Assembly (NCBI GenBank): GCA_964187785.1
Contig: OZ076409.1
Location: forward strand, 28,956,001-29,020,000
Direction: 5' to 3'
Length of the DNA stretch: 64,000 nucleotides
From: Amphiscolops sp. MND2022
Lineage: Eukaryota
The position numbers and the translations under genes were made by a program. The notes beneath the pieces are model-generated. The model had not been told where the DNA came from and ran no database searches. It saw nothing but the letters and a program-made list of their open reading frames with translations. Below, piece after piece: positions 1-11,900 of this stretch (its first letter is position 1; each line of letters begins with the position of its first letter).

Positions 1-975
1 CTGTTTAAACGTTTTCAACATTCTACGTCACGAAGTCCATTGAAAAGTTGACAAAAAGTAGCATAAAAACGTAAAAATTGAAAAATTTGGAGTTTTTGTC
101 AGTTTCGGTCACTTGTTGCAGCCCTTTTCTTCTGAGAAACTGCGTATATTCCTTCAAAAAAGCGTATATTCCTTGTGGACATAAAATTTTTTCCATTCTG
201 ATCGTTTTTAACATTCTAAGCAACGAAGTCCATCAAAAGTTTGACAAAAATAAGCATAAAAACCTTGAAAACCGTAAAATTGAAAATTCTTGAAGTTTTT
301 GTCATTTTCGGTCTCAATTTGCCGCCTTTTTTCGATTAAAACACTGCATTTATTTCTTCAAAACAGCCTACTGGAGAATTTTTCCTTTTGGAACGTTTTG
401 GGAATTCTAAGGCACGAAGTCTGTCGAAAATATGAGAAAAATGGCATAAAAACGTAAACACTGGAAATTTTTTGGAATTTTTGTCTCTCTGGGGCAATTT
501 TTATTGAAACACTTCATTTGTTTCTTCAAAACAGCCTCCTGAACAAAGAATTTTTCCTGTTTAAACGTTTTCAACATTCTACGTCACGAAGTCCATTGAA
601 AAGTTGACAAAAAGTAGCATAAAAACGTAAAAATTGAAAAATTTTGCAGTTTTTGTCAGTTTCGGTCACTTGTTACAGCCCTTTTCTTCTGAGAAACTGC
701 GTATATTTCTTCAAAAAAGCCTCGTGGGCATAATGTTTTTCCATTCTGATCGTTTTTAACATTCTAAGCAACGATTTCCATCGAATGTGGGGGTAGTTTT
801 TGGGTCATTCGGAGTTCTTTGAGGTCAAGAGAAAAAGTCCCAAAATCTCTACAGAAACATATCGCATGAAACTAAATTTACGACAGTTGAATCCTATGGG
901 TGAAACCTTTTAACTTGAAAATAAATTTGGAATATGGGCGGAAAATAATCGAAGTTTGACTTTTCCTAGCCAAGG
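1..975 (+). repeat. ~180 bp-monomer satellite (3-monomer unit, ~556 bp period) followed by a conserved non-repetitive terminal segment
   Basis: The sequence at 1 (ctgtttaaacgttttcaacattctacgtcacgaagtcc) recurs at 557, with cgaagtc anchors about every 170-195 bp. Segment 790-975 is homologous to 61785-62023. Same family as 57440-61150. Confidence 0.85.
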
Positions 976-1090
976 GTACAAACTTTGTTGGTTTCTACCG
1001 TTCGCCATAAAACTTCCCAACCTTTCAATGGCTGAAGGAGCGAAACGTTTAATGGCGTTTTAATGCTTTGGCACGCATTTTGTGGTTTAG

Positions 1091-1186
1091 GTTGATGTGT
1101 GGTCGCTGGGTATCTTGGTGATAGAAATGATAGACACTAGCCCTCCGTACATGGATGACGAGTATTACGCCAGAGCACCTTTACAG
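1091..1186 (+). CDS. PAK/STE20-family Ser/Thr kinase, internal exon (subdomain IX-X)
   Basis: Boundaries tttag|GTT...CAG|gtatgc. Translates VDVWSLGILVIEMIDTSPPYMDDEYYARAPLQ, matching the PAK motif VDIWSLGIMVIEMxDGEPPY...PLQA. Phase 0 at both ends. Confidence 0.92.
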
Positions 1187-2128
1187 GTATGCGTTAGCTG
1201 GAAATATTGACCGCAGTCTGACTATAAATACTAGGATGAACTCTTTTCACGCTGAATTATCCTTTCAATTAAGTTATTTGAAATCTTTACTTTTACTGGA
1301 AATTTTTGAGTAGATTTTATCCTGAAAATTTGTTAAAATCATAATTTTAAAAACTTATTCGAAAATTTCAGGATTATGACTGAACCCAGAGGGGAAAGAT
1401 CTATATAAATTGAGAGTCCTTGCGTCTTCCTATATTTCTGATGATGACAGTGAATGTACCACGATTTTGACGAAAAAGAATTTGAATATATCATAGTCAT
1501 TTAATGCTTGTTCTCCTCTCCATGTCACTGGAAAAAGCGCTTATATTTTGCGCCCACGTTTTATTCAATGCACATTGCGAACTAGAGATTAACGTAATCT
1601 TTGTATTATATTTCTTATGTTTTGGCTATGACAAATTTTCCCCAAACATTGGACATGGTATTTTGGATGGAGTTTGATTACAACGAACCAGAAGTCCTGT
1701 TTTGCACGCATTTTTATGACCTTAGTTGACAAAATAATTTACGGTATGAATAATTTTATCTTATTCCAGGCTGAAAATTCTGTAGAGTTGGATTCAGGAA
1801 ATTACAGTTTCCAGATGAGTCAGAAATCAATGTATTCGTATATACTTCAATGAGATTTTCATTCAAATCCAGCTAATCATTTCAAATTTCAAAATTAGGG
1901 TCTACGACAGCCACAGGTAAGTCTTATGTTGTTATGGTTATTGCTGTAATTGGCATCAAATAAAATTCATGTCAGCTATTGGTTGAAAGTTATATTTTTA
2001 ATGGGGTGTCACATCCGCGCTTCTCCTGCTTAGTCCTAGATTACGAGTGTTTTTCACGAAAAAGTCTCAGATGTCGTTGTAAGTGTGGTCATTCAGTTGT
2101 CCTAGGTAGAAACTTTGCTTCATTTTAG

Positions 2129-2269
2129 GCTATCCAAGAAATAGCCAAGTTGACAGAGCCTCCTGAAATCAAACGTGGCAACAAAATTTCCAAGTCACTC
2201 ACCAGCTTCGTGAAGGAATCTTTAACAATTGATGCTTCCCATCGACCAGATGCGGCCACCATGCTTCAG
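2129..2269 (+). CDS. PAK/STE20-family kinase, penultimate exon
   Basis: Boundaries ttttag|GCT...CAG|gttagt. Translates AIQEIAKLTEPPEIKRGNKISKSLTSFVKESLTIDASHRPDAATMLQ, including the subdomain XI Arg. In frame with both neighbouring exons. Confidence 0.9.
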
Positions 2270-2311
2270 GTTAGTTTGCTTTTTCTTTATTTCTTCAAAA
2301 TCCCCTTCCAC

Positions 2312-2719
2312 CAGAGTCTGGACCAGTTAACCGATTAAGCGGCTAATTAATTCTTGATCGATTAAAATTTTTTAACCGATTAAAGCAAAAAAGTAGTCAA
2401 GAGTTAGACCTGCGCCCTATTGATGAACGGATTGTCTACACCTACAACGGTCTTAATATTAAACTGAAGAACGAATAAAGGCTACCACAGTTGGTTCAGC
2501 AGAATTTTTGAAAACTATCGGTCATATTTTAGGTCGAGTTCTAAATTGACAGAAGTTACTTTTTGTAATGAAAATTCGATTGAATTTCATTTTACCGGTT
2601 CATCAGATCAATTTTTTGTTCAAAATCACCTTTCTTCGGTGAACGAATGTGATGCCGGTTTACCGGATATCTTAAACTATTGATAAATTAAGCTAAAATA
2701 GTAACTGGTCCAGCCTCTA
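2312..2719. mobile_element. MITE with ~18 bp TIR (hAT-like ends), intronic
   Basis: Left agagtctggaccagtta versus right taactggtccagcctct (inverted, 1 mismatch). No intact TSD seen. Confidence 0.6.
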
Positions 2720-2949
2720 CATTAAGATAACAAAAAGCTGAATACACCCCAAATTGTCAGCCCAAGTTTTTGAAAATATTCATATGACAATTTCAGAATC
2801 GAAAATCCTTCGAATTTTATTCAGAAATTACCAGGGTATTTTTTTGCAATTACAAAAGTTATACAGCTTGGCATATTAGTGAATATGAACATTTTTTTTT
2901 TCGAAATACCATTGTGCGTTATTTCGCAAACAGTTGGTCATAACGAAAG

Positions 2950-3566
2950 ACGCCAGTTGAAAATTTTGTACCTTTTCATTCTGTAGCTTTTTCTGAAAAT
3001 GCTCCAAAAATTTTTTCGAAGAAAAATCGGACAGTACCGAAAAAATCGTATTGTTGAGAAAAGTCTCATCAGTTCAACATGACCAAAAAATACTCAATTA
3101 GATCACCCTTAGGACTCGGAAAACATGAAAAATCCGGAAATTGTTTCGAAAATGTTTCAAAAAATTCAACTTTAAATTCAATTTTTCACATATTCGGTAA
3201 GTGGCACTGTGCCGAAAAAACCTAAGGTGGCCCTCTATGCTCTCAAAACTTCGTTTCTAGTAAAATAAATCAAGGGGGGTACTTCGATAAAATCGAATTA
3301 GAAAAAAGTCCTTCAGTACCGAAAAACGCCGTTTTTTCAAAAAATAATTGGGTATAGCGCAATTTTTTTGATATAGCGCAACCTCCGCCTCCTTAGTGTA
3401 ACGCAACTTTCTTTGGATATAACATCAACAGTTCGAATATAGCGTGCTGGCTAGGCCAATTGGTCTTTACCATATGAATAATATTTGCTCCATCTGTTCT
3501 CCGTAAAAGTGAACGGACCAGAGCTACTGGATAAAAAAACTAATCACCGAAAACACCGACTAAAAA
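2950..3566 (-). mobile_element. Degenerate HINE-like repeat copy
   Basis: ccgactaaaaa 5' terminus near 3556-3566 and a reverse-complement core motif (cactgtgccgaaaaaa) near 3205. The left boundary is approximate. Confidence 0.5.
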
Positions 3567-3861
3567 CATGTAAACGTTCAAGCAGTTTCAATGCTAATGA
3601 TTTCAATTTTTTAAAAGTATATGCCAGTATCGAGTCAATGAGTCTCGAGATACCTAAATGAAAATCTACGGCAAAGAATTTGCAAACTCGTTCTGATTTT
3701 TTTCTGGTCGGGCGCTTCTCTTCATTTTAAGTCGACCATAGACGAATCAGTTGATGTACGAGTTCCGCTTCACTCCGCCGGGATGTTAGACTTTGGCGTA
3801 GATGTTTATCTCATACTACTGAATTCATGACCCTGCATAGCAGCCTTAATAAAGTATTATA

Positions 3862-4521
3862 CAGTAGTGATTCTAGAAGCAACATATCACGCGGAAAGAA
3901 AGCATATAAACAAATCTAATTGGCTAATAAAGGTCTCACGCGCTCATTTCATTGGTCGAAAGCGATTTCCAAAACATCGTTTTTTAGTTTTTTGAATTTT
4001 TGACCCACTTACAATTTTTTGATTTCAAAATAATTTTGACAGAAAAATTTTGATTTCAAAATAATTTTGACAGAAAAATTTCCCCAAACTTTTCGAATCT
4101 GACAATATAATGTTTTCATCGAAACTTATTGTTAAACTTCGAAATCGTATCTTAATACATGTATTTTCTAAAAAGTCTAATTTTACAGCGTATTTTTCTA
4201 CCATTTTAGGATGATTTCTAAATCAAAACATATCAAGGGCTCCAGTTAAATCAGGGGAGTTGATTGCATATAAAATTTCTCTAAAATTTCCAGCAAAAGT
4301 TGACTGAAAGTGAGAAAAACCTCAATTTTGCCCAAAATTTGGTCAAAAATGGCCTATATCAACTTCTACGATTTTCATCGCATATTCTTCAAACAAACAT
4401 ATTTGTGAACTAGATGAAAATCTAAGAAACTTTCACTTTTATCATTTTTCAAAAATCGCCGCTGTTTGAGATATTCGATTTTGAGATTTGCCTTTTGTTG
4501 CTTTCAGAAATATCACTAATG
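3862..4521. mobile_element. Tc1/mariner-type MITE (TA TSD)
   Basis: TA|cagtagtgat...agaagcaa and ttgctttc...atcactaatg|TA. The internal segment near 4400-4450 is the reverse complement of part of the MITE at 48050-48514. Confidence 0.65.
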
Positions 4522-4561
4522 TAGTGCCGTTTTTTGGGTTAATTTTTTATTTTTATGTTCA

Positions 4562-4790
4562 GAAAGTGTCAGAAAGCTACGCCGACGCGATAAGCTACAT
4601 TAAAACCAAGATAAGTTTTGCTCTTCTACGTAGTTCCGTCCTCTGTCTCAGAGGCTGCAGAGCGACACGCCGCCAACAAGCAATCGTAGAGTCATCTATT
4701 AGTGCTATAGTTCACGAGGGAGGGCTGTCATAAATCTGACAATCCCTCGGGTGCTTCCCATGAAACCATATAATTTCCGGCGATCAATAA
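4562..4790 (+). mobile_element. 3' fragment of a CRE-like (RLE) non-LTR retrotransposon
   Basis: Peptide SESYADAISYIKTKISFALLRSSVLCLRGCR resembles the C-terminal LSFALLRS.LLCLRG.R motif I recall from CRE-clade elements. Stop at 4733, aataaa near 4786. Confidence 0.6.
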
Positions 4791-5070
4791 ACTTTGAGAT
4801 ACATTGTCCTAATTTATAAATTGCCCTCCAGTTACCGATGCTTTTCTAATTTATATGGAGGCCCTGCAGTTTGCAGCGTATTGGCACCAAAACTCTTTTC
4901 ACTGACACACCCTCCATGTACTAAGGGCAAAAAATCCCATCTCTCTACACCATACCCCGGTTTCAGTACGCGCGGTCCTTATTATATATAATTTTATGTT
5001 CATGGGGCGACTAATCATGTATCCCTTTGAATGACATTTTACTGTGCTCATTACTTGTTTGTTGTTTCAG

Positions 5071-5151
5071 CACCAATTCCTCCGCAACAAATGCACGCAG
5101 GATAGTTTTTCGAGATACATCAAAAAGTTGGAGCTGGACGATGACTATTAG
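5071..5151 (+). CDS. PAK/STE20-family kinase, terminal coding exon
   Basis: Acceptor gtttcag|CAC. Translates HQFLRNKCTQDSFSRYIKKLELDDDY*, supplying the HPFL-like motif that closes the kinase domain. Phase 0. Confidence 0.85.
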   Translation, partial: HQFLRNKCTQDSFSRYIKKLELDDDY

Positions 5152-6649
5152 ACCTACATGCACACTCTCCATCCGCTGTTATGTTCTATCCGCCTTCTCT
5201 ACTCTAATTCTGTTCATAGACTCATCACCTGAACTTTCATGGCCTCTTTGGATATTTTGGTCTACTGGTTAGTTGGTTGGCTCCACTTAGCAATTGGCCT
5301 GTTAAGTTTAGTCACATCCCCAACACCTTCAATTTGAGGAATAATCAATAATGAACTTAATATGTAATTAAATGTCATTGATGTACTTGTCGTCTGCCAA
5401 TCTTGTGCCTGGCTGATTTGACGAGAAATGGGTTATTCTATTATTATTATTACTTCATTACATTACATTTTGCTGCTCAAGTTGCGGCATACGGAAGGTG
5501 CTATTCGTTATGCGTCGCTGGTCGCAATTGAAGGGAGTAGACTTCCATGCATCAAACCATACACTTCATGTGGCTATTCCATGCATGGAAAACTTGAACG
5601 ATAACGTACATTGCCACCATTCGAGTTAGTGGCATGGGTTAATGCATGGACCAAACCTCACTGTCTTTTGATGATTGGATCTCTCTTTATTGATATGATA
5701 CTGTCATGATGATGTCATGATTACATCATGACAAGCAAGCCTTGCCCAGACGAACTTGGATTCGAACAATCTATTAGCACATTTGTGTTTAAGGTGCTCA
5801 ATTATTTTCGGAAGGGCGGTGTATTTTGGGCACTGCCGCTGCCAATAATCAACTTTGATTTTACATAGATTAAATATTTTTCTCTACAAATTTATACACT
5901 ATAATTTCATCAATACACTAATTATTTACCGTGAAAGTTCTACTTTCCACCAATTTTTATTGATGCTTATTAATTTTTTAATTTATAGTTTTTCATCTGG
6001 ATTACATTTTGTCCTAAGTTAAATCATGTGGACTAAACTGCATTAATGTCAAGCATGGAGTTGTCGAAATATTATAATCAAGTGCTTCTCATACCGGGCT
6101 CTCCACTCATGGATTTAATTACGATTAAATATGAATGAATCATGAATAATTTCAGTCTCTGCTCTAACCGATCATTTCGTTGGTGAGTGAAAGCCCCCAA
6201 GAACCCTGCTTCTCGTTAAATTGTCAATATGTTGCGAATTATAGTTTAATATTTTTACCTGTTGTTTTGCACTTTTGAATCAGTCAATAAGGCCATGAAT
6301 CTGCAAAATTTGGAACTTTTTCCTTTTCCCCACACTTTTCTAGAGATAGTTTTAGCAATTAATTTTTGCAGCAAACCTCGAAATTGTTTCCATTGTAATT
6401 CTGAAATGACTCTTTACCTTGGAGAAAAAGAAGAAAAACCAACAGGATTGAGTCGATACGGAATGTTGCAAAATCAAAAAACAAAAAAAGACGGGGTACA
6501 TATAGAAGTATGGTTGACAGAAGTATTAGAAGAAATATTAAATGATATAGCCGAAGATAATCCTTTATGTTGATTTTTTTTCTTTGAAAGTGTGGGAAAA
6601 GGGAAAAGAGCCCAAGATTTAAGTTCTATTCTGTAGGGTTATGAATCTG

Positions 6650-7260
6650 CAAGGGTTGAGTCACATTAATGTTTTAATGATGAAGCGTATTTGTTTAGAC
6701 ATTCGTGTGCTAATCCTGGTTTCGTTTTTCAACTAGGAATTTAAGATTAGAAATCTGAATGTCCGTCCCCGCCCGTGTATTCAAGTTTGATTGGCATTGA
6801 GTTGGTAGTGTTTCGAGCATGTCACAATATTTTCACTACGATATTTTAATTTCCTTTGAATCTTGATATGCCGCGTTTCACAAATTGTCCTCGTCAACTC
6901 TTCAGGGCTACAAACGTTTCGGGAACATCGAAAAAGGTCCATCTGAAATTCACGGAAGATCGAAATGTAGCCAATTGTAATTGCTACCATGTTTCTCTGG
7001 ATTAACTGCAGTGTTTCTTTTGCCAAATATGAAAGAAGAAAACATTTATTTCCTATTCTCAACTTGACGTGATGTTTTACTCGATGCTTCGAAATGCGTT
7101 CTTCGAAATTCCTATATACCTTGAAATGGGGTTTTACTGATTTTGCACTATTCATCACTTTCTAGTGTCAAGAAAAGTTCGTCACAGAAAATAACAGTGT
7201 TGGATATATCTAAGCACTATAAATAAAGGTTGTGATCCAAAATTGTTCTGTATTTCTGGA
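6650..7260 (-). pseudogene. Highly degenerate Penelope-like RT C-terminal remnant
   Basis: Frameshifted peptides ITTFIYSA.DISN, FCDEL and FLLSYLAKETLQL resemble the Penelope TLxxRAxxIC / LPY motifs. Many lesions. Confidence 0.35.
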
Positions 7261-7284
7261 GGGTTCAAATCAGGGACTCCAAAT

Positions 7285-7684
7285 CAGGGTTGGCAAAAAA
7301 GTTTTTTATCATATTAATCAAACAAACAGTTTTTTATAGTGAAAAACATGTTTTTCGTTTTTTTGTTTTTTATCCGCCGATTTTTATGGCGATACAAAAA
7401 AGCCTGTTTTTCAGCTTTTTCGGGCTCCCGCTGGGCACGAAGTTTCCCGTAAGTTAGCCCTAAGCTTGAGAAGTTTCTTTCCAGGCCAGATGAGGATCCA
7501 ACTTCTGACATTAATGACTCCAACTTGCGACATCACAATGGATTCTGGAAAACTCCTCCTAAGCCCACTTTTCCACAAAAAATAACTAGTGAAAGAGGAA
7601 ATGTTTTAAAACGTTTTTTTAAATTGATGTTTTAAAACGTTCCTTGGCCTGTTTCAAAACAATGTTTTAAAATAGCCAACCCTG
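7285..7684. mobile_element. hAT-type MITE (400 bp)
   Basis: TIR CAGGGTTGGC / GCCAACCCTG. 8 bp TSD ctccaaat (7277-7284) versus cttcaaat (7685-7692), 1 mismatch. Confidence 0.85.
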
Positions 7685-7989
7685 CTTCAAATAGAACGTT
7701 TTTAATTCAACACCAAAAGCTCTAGCCTCATTAATTTCCAGATAGATAATGGATCCTCTGGTAGACAGACAGCTGAGGGCTGCCAAACTGCCGGTGCAGT
7801 CCAAGTTTATGTATTTGCTGAAAAACCCTTTCCTTCATTTAGCTTGGATCTCAGGTGCATAGTAAGTTGCATTCATTCATCAGTTATGGTATGGTTAGAT
7901 GCCCCTCCAGATTTTCACTCAGCGTTACATGAAATGTAATCGCTCTAAACACTTAGTTCTCTCATATGAAACGTACTAACTAATTTAGC

Positions 7990-8477
7990 AAATGGTCACT
8001 CGGCTTAAAGTCATCTGGCTTTATGCATTTGGTCACTTGGCTTAATTTTTTGAAGCCAAACGTCTTGGGTAAATGGTTACTTGGCTTAATACCATTTGGC
8101 TGAAAACGCGTGGCAGATTTTGTCGACATTATTTATAACGTAGTCAACTATGTTCACATACCCCTAGTGCCCTAAATGCAGGTGCGAAGCGAAGCGGAGC
8201 GACGTGCCATATGACCATGCCTCAATGTTAGTTGGCGAAGGGAGCAAAGCGACCGAGCGATACAACAATTATGCTAAACATTTCGTAACATTTTTCGTTT
8301 CTTAAACATTTCGTTAAAAATTCAATTCAGTTTTGGTCTCTAATAAGTTGTTTTTAGCCATTGCTCGAGTTGAAATGGACCTGGCTCAATTTTGTGGTCA
8401 TTTGGCCTAAAAATATTAAGCTAAATGACTTGAGGAAAAAATAGGCCAAATGACTTCAAGCCAAGTGACTTGTAACC
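7990..8477. mobile_element. MITE-like element with inverted arrays of short subterminal repeats around a shared core
   Basis: ggtcacttggct-type repeats on the left and agccaagtgac-type repeats on the right. Core 8140-8270 is shared with 29215-29345 and 30710-30840. Left terminus eroded. Confidence 0.6.
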
Positions 8478-8970
8478 ACTAATCAAGCGCTGATTACTTT
8501 TTAGTTAGGTTTACTTTTTAGCTTGTTTTTCGAAGACAAATGCATCAGATCAAAGATTCAGCAAAATGTCCGGCAAAACCAAGGCGAGATCTAGATTTTT
8601 TTTAACGTTTTGCCATCCGTTAATCGAAAATTTTTGAGACCATTTTGTGACCAATTTTTCCAGTTTTTATACCATGTGAGAATTATCCAAAGCTAAGATT
8701 TTGACTTTAATTACGAACAATTCTTATAATTGGTTCAAGGTAGTCATAATTTTTTTTTCGACAAGTTGGTGGATTGCAATACAAAATTGCCAATAAAATT
8801 GTCTTCAACGTTTGATGTCTTTTTCGGCTTTAAAATTGTACTGATTAAAAGCGTCGACGCTTGCCTTTGCGGGCTAGTGTATATGTCTCCAAACAAATCC
8901 AAGGCGCATGAATGCCAGTGCTCAGCAGCTATGTTTTTAATCTATCCGCTATAATTAAAAAGTCAGGTGG

Positions 8971-11900
8971 AAATCACTGATAAAAAGCACTGGAATAAGA
9001 TCTAAAATCACCGGAAAAACCACTGGAATAAGTCTAAAATTACCGAAAAACCACTGGAACAAGATCTAAAATTACGAAAAAACCACTGAAATGAGATATA
9101 AAATCACTGAGAAAAAGCACTGGAATAAGATCTAAAATCACCGGAAAAACCACTGGAATAAGTCTGAAATTACCGGAAAACCACTGGAACAATATCTAAA
9201 ATTACGGAAAAATCACTCAAATGAGATATAAAATCACTGATAAAAAGCACTGAAAGGAGATATGAAATCACTGATAAAAAGCACTGGAATAAGATCTAAA
9301 ATTACCGGAAAAACCACTGGAATAAGTCTAAAATTACCGAAAAACCACTGGAACAAGATCTAAAATTACGGAAAAATCACTGAAATGAGATATAAAATCA
9401 CTGATAAAAAGCACTGAAAGGAGATATGAAATCACTGATAAAAAGCACTGGAATAAGATCTAAAATCACCGGAAAAACCACTGGAATAAGTCTGAAATTA
9501 CCGGAAAACCACTGGAACAAGATCTAAAATCACGGAAAAATCACTGAAATGAGATATAAAATCACTGATAAAAAGCACTGAAAGGAGATATGAAATCACT
9601 GATAAAAAGCACTGGAATAAGATCTAAAATTACCGGAAAATCACTGGAATAAGTCTAAAATTACCAAAAAACCACTGGAACAAGATCTAAAATTACGGAA
9701 AAATCACTGAAATGAGATATAAAATCACTGATAAAAAGCACTGAAAGGAGATATGAAATCACTGATAAAAAGCACTGGAATAAGATCTAAAATCACCGGA
9801 AAAACCACTGGAATAAGTCTAAAATTACCGAAAAACCACTGGAACAAGATCTGAAATTACGGAAAAACCACTCAAATGAGATATAAAATCACTGAGAAAA
9901 AGCACTGGAATAAGATCTAAAATCACCAGAAAAACCACTGGAATAAGTCTGAAATTACCGGAAAACCACTGGAACAAGATCTAAAATTACGGAAAAATCA
10001 CTGAAATGAGATATAAAATCACTGATAAAAAGCACTGAAAGGAGATATGAAATCACTGATAAAAAGCACTGGAATAAGATCTAAAATTACCGGAAAAACC
10101 ACTGGAATAAGTCTAAAATTACCGGAAAATCACTGGAATAAGATCTAAAATTACCGGAAAATCACTGGAATAAGTCTAAAATTACCAAAAAACCACTGGA
10201 ACAAGATCTAAAATTACGGAAAAATCACTGAAATGAGATATAAAATCACTGATAAAAAGCACTGAAAGGAGATATGAAATCACTGATAAAAAGCACTGGA
10301 ATAAGATCTAAAATCACCGGAAAAACCACTGGAATAAGTCTAAAATTACCGAAAAACCACTGGAACAAGATCTGAAATTACGGAAAAACCACTCAAATGA
10401 GATATAAAATCACTGAGAAAAAGCACTGGAATAAGATCTAAAATCACCAGAAAAACCACTGGAATAAGTCTGAAATTACCGGAAAACCACTGGAACAAGA
10501 TCTAAAATTACGGAAAAATCACTGAAATGAGATATAAAATCACTGATAAAAAGCACTGAAAGGAGATATAAAATCACTGAGAAAAAGCACTGGAATAAGA
10601 TCTAAAATCACCGGAAAAACCACTGGAATAAGTCTGAAATTACCGGAAAACCACTGGAACAATATCTAAAATTACGGAAAAATCACTCAAATGAGATATA
10701 AAATCACTGATAAAAAGCACTGAAAGGAGATATGAAATCACTGATAAAAAGCACTGGAATAAGATCTAAAATTACCGGAAAAACCACTGGAATAAGTCTA
10801 AAATTACCGAAAAACCACTGGAACAAGATCTAAAATTACGGAAAAATCACTGAAATGAGATATAAAATCACTGATAAAAAGCACTGAAAGGAGATATGAA
10901 ATCACTGATAAAAAGCACTGGAATAAGATCTAAAATCACCGGAAAAACCACTGGAATAAGTCTGAAATTACCGGAAAACCACTGGAACAAGATCTAAAAT
11001 CACGGAAAAATCACTGAAATGAGATATAAAATCACTGATAAAAAGCACTGAAAGGAGATATGAAATCACTGATAAAAAGCACTGGAATAAGATCTAAAAT
11101 TACCGGAAAATCACTGGAATAAGTCTAAAATTACCAAAAAACCACTGGAACAAGATCTAAAATTACGGAAAAATCACTGAAATGAGATATAAAATCACTG
11201 ATAAAAAGCACTGAAAGGAGATATGAAATCACTGATAAAAAGCACTGGAATAAGATCTAAAATCACCGGAAAAACCACTGGAATAAGTCTAAAATTACCG
11301 AAAAACCACTGGAACAAGATCTGAAATTACGGAAAAACCACTCAAATGAGATATAAAATCACTGAGAAAAAGCACTGGAATAAGATCTAAAATCACCAGA
11401 AAAACCACTGGAATAAGTCTGAAATTACCGGAAAACCACTGGAACAAGATCTAAAATTACGGAAAAATCACTGAAATGAGATATAAAATCACTGATAAAA
11501 AGCACTGAAAGGAGATATGAAATCACTGATAAAAAGCACTGGAATAAGATCTAAAATTACCGGAAAAATCACTGGAATAAGTCTAAAATTACCGGAAAAC
11601 CACTGGAACAAGATCTAAAATTACGGAAAAATCACTGAAATCAGATATAAAATCACTGAGAAAAAGCACTGGAATAAGATCTAAAATCACCGGAAAAACC
11701 ACTGGAATAAGTCTGAAATTAGCGGAAAACCACTGGAACAAGATCTAAAATACGGAAAAATCACTGAAATGAGATATAAAATCACTGATAAAAACCACTG
11801 AAAGGAGATATGAAATCACTGATAAAAAGCACTGGAATAAGATCTAAAATTACCGGAAAAACCACTGGAATAAGTCTAAAATTACCGGAAAACCACTTGA

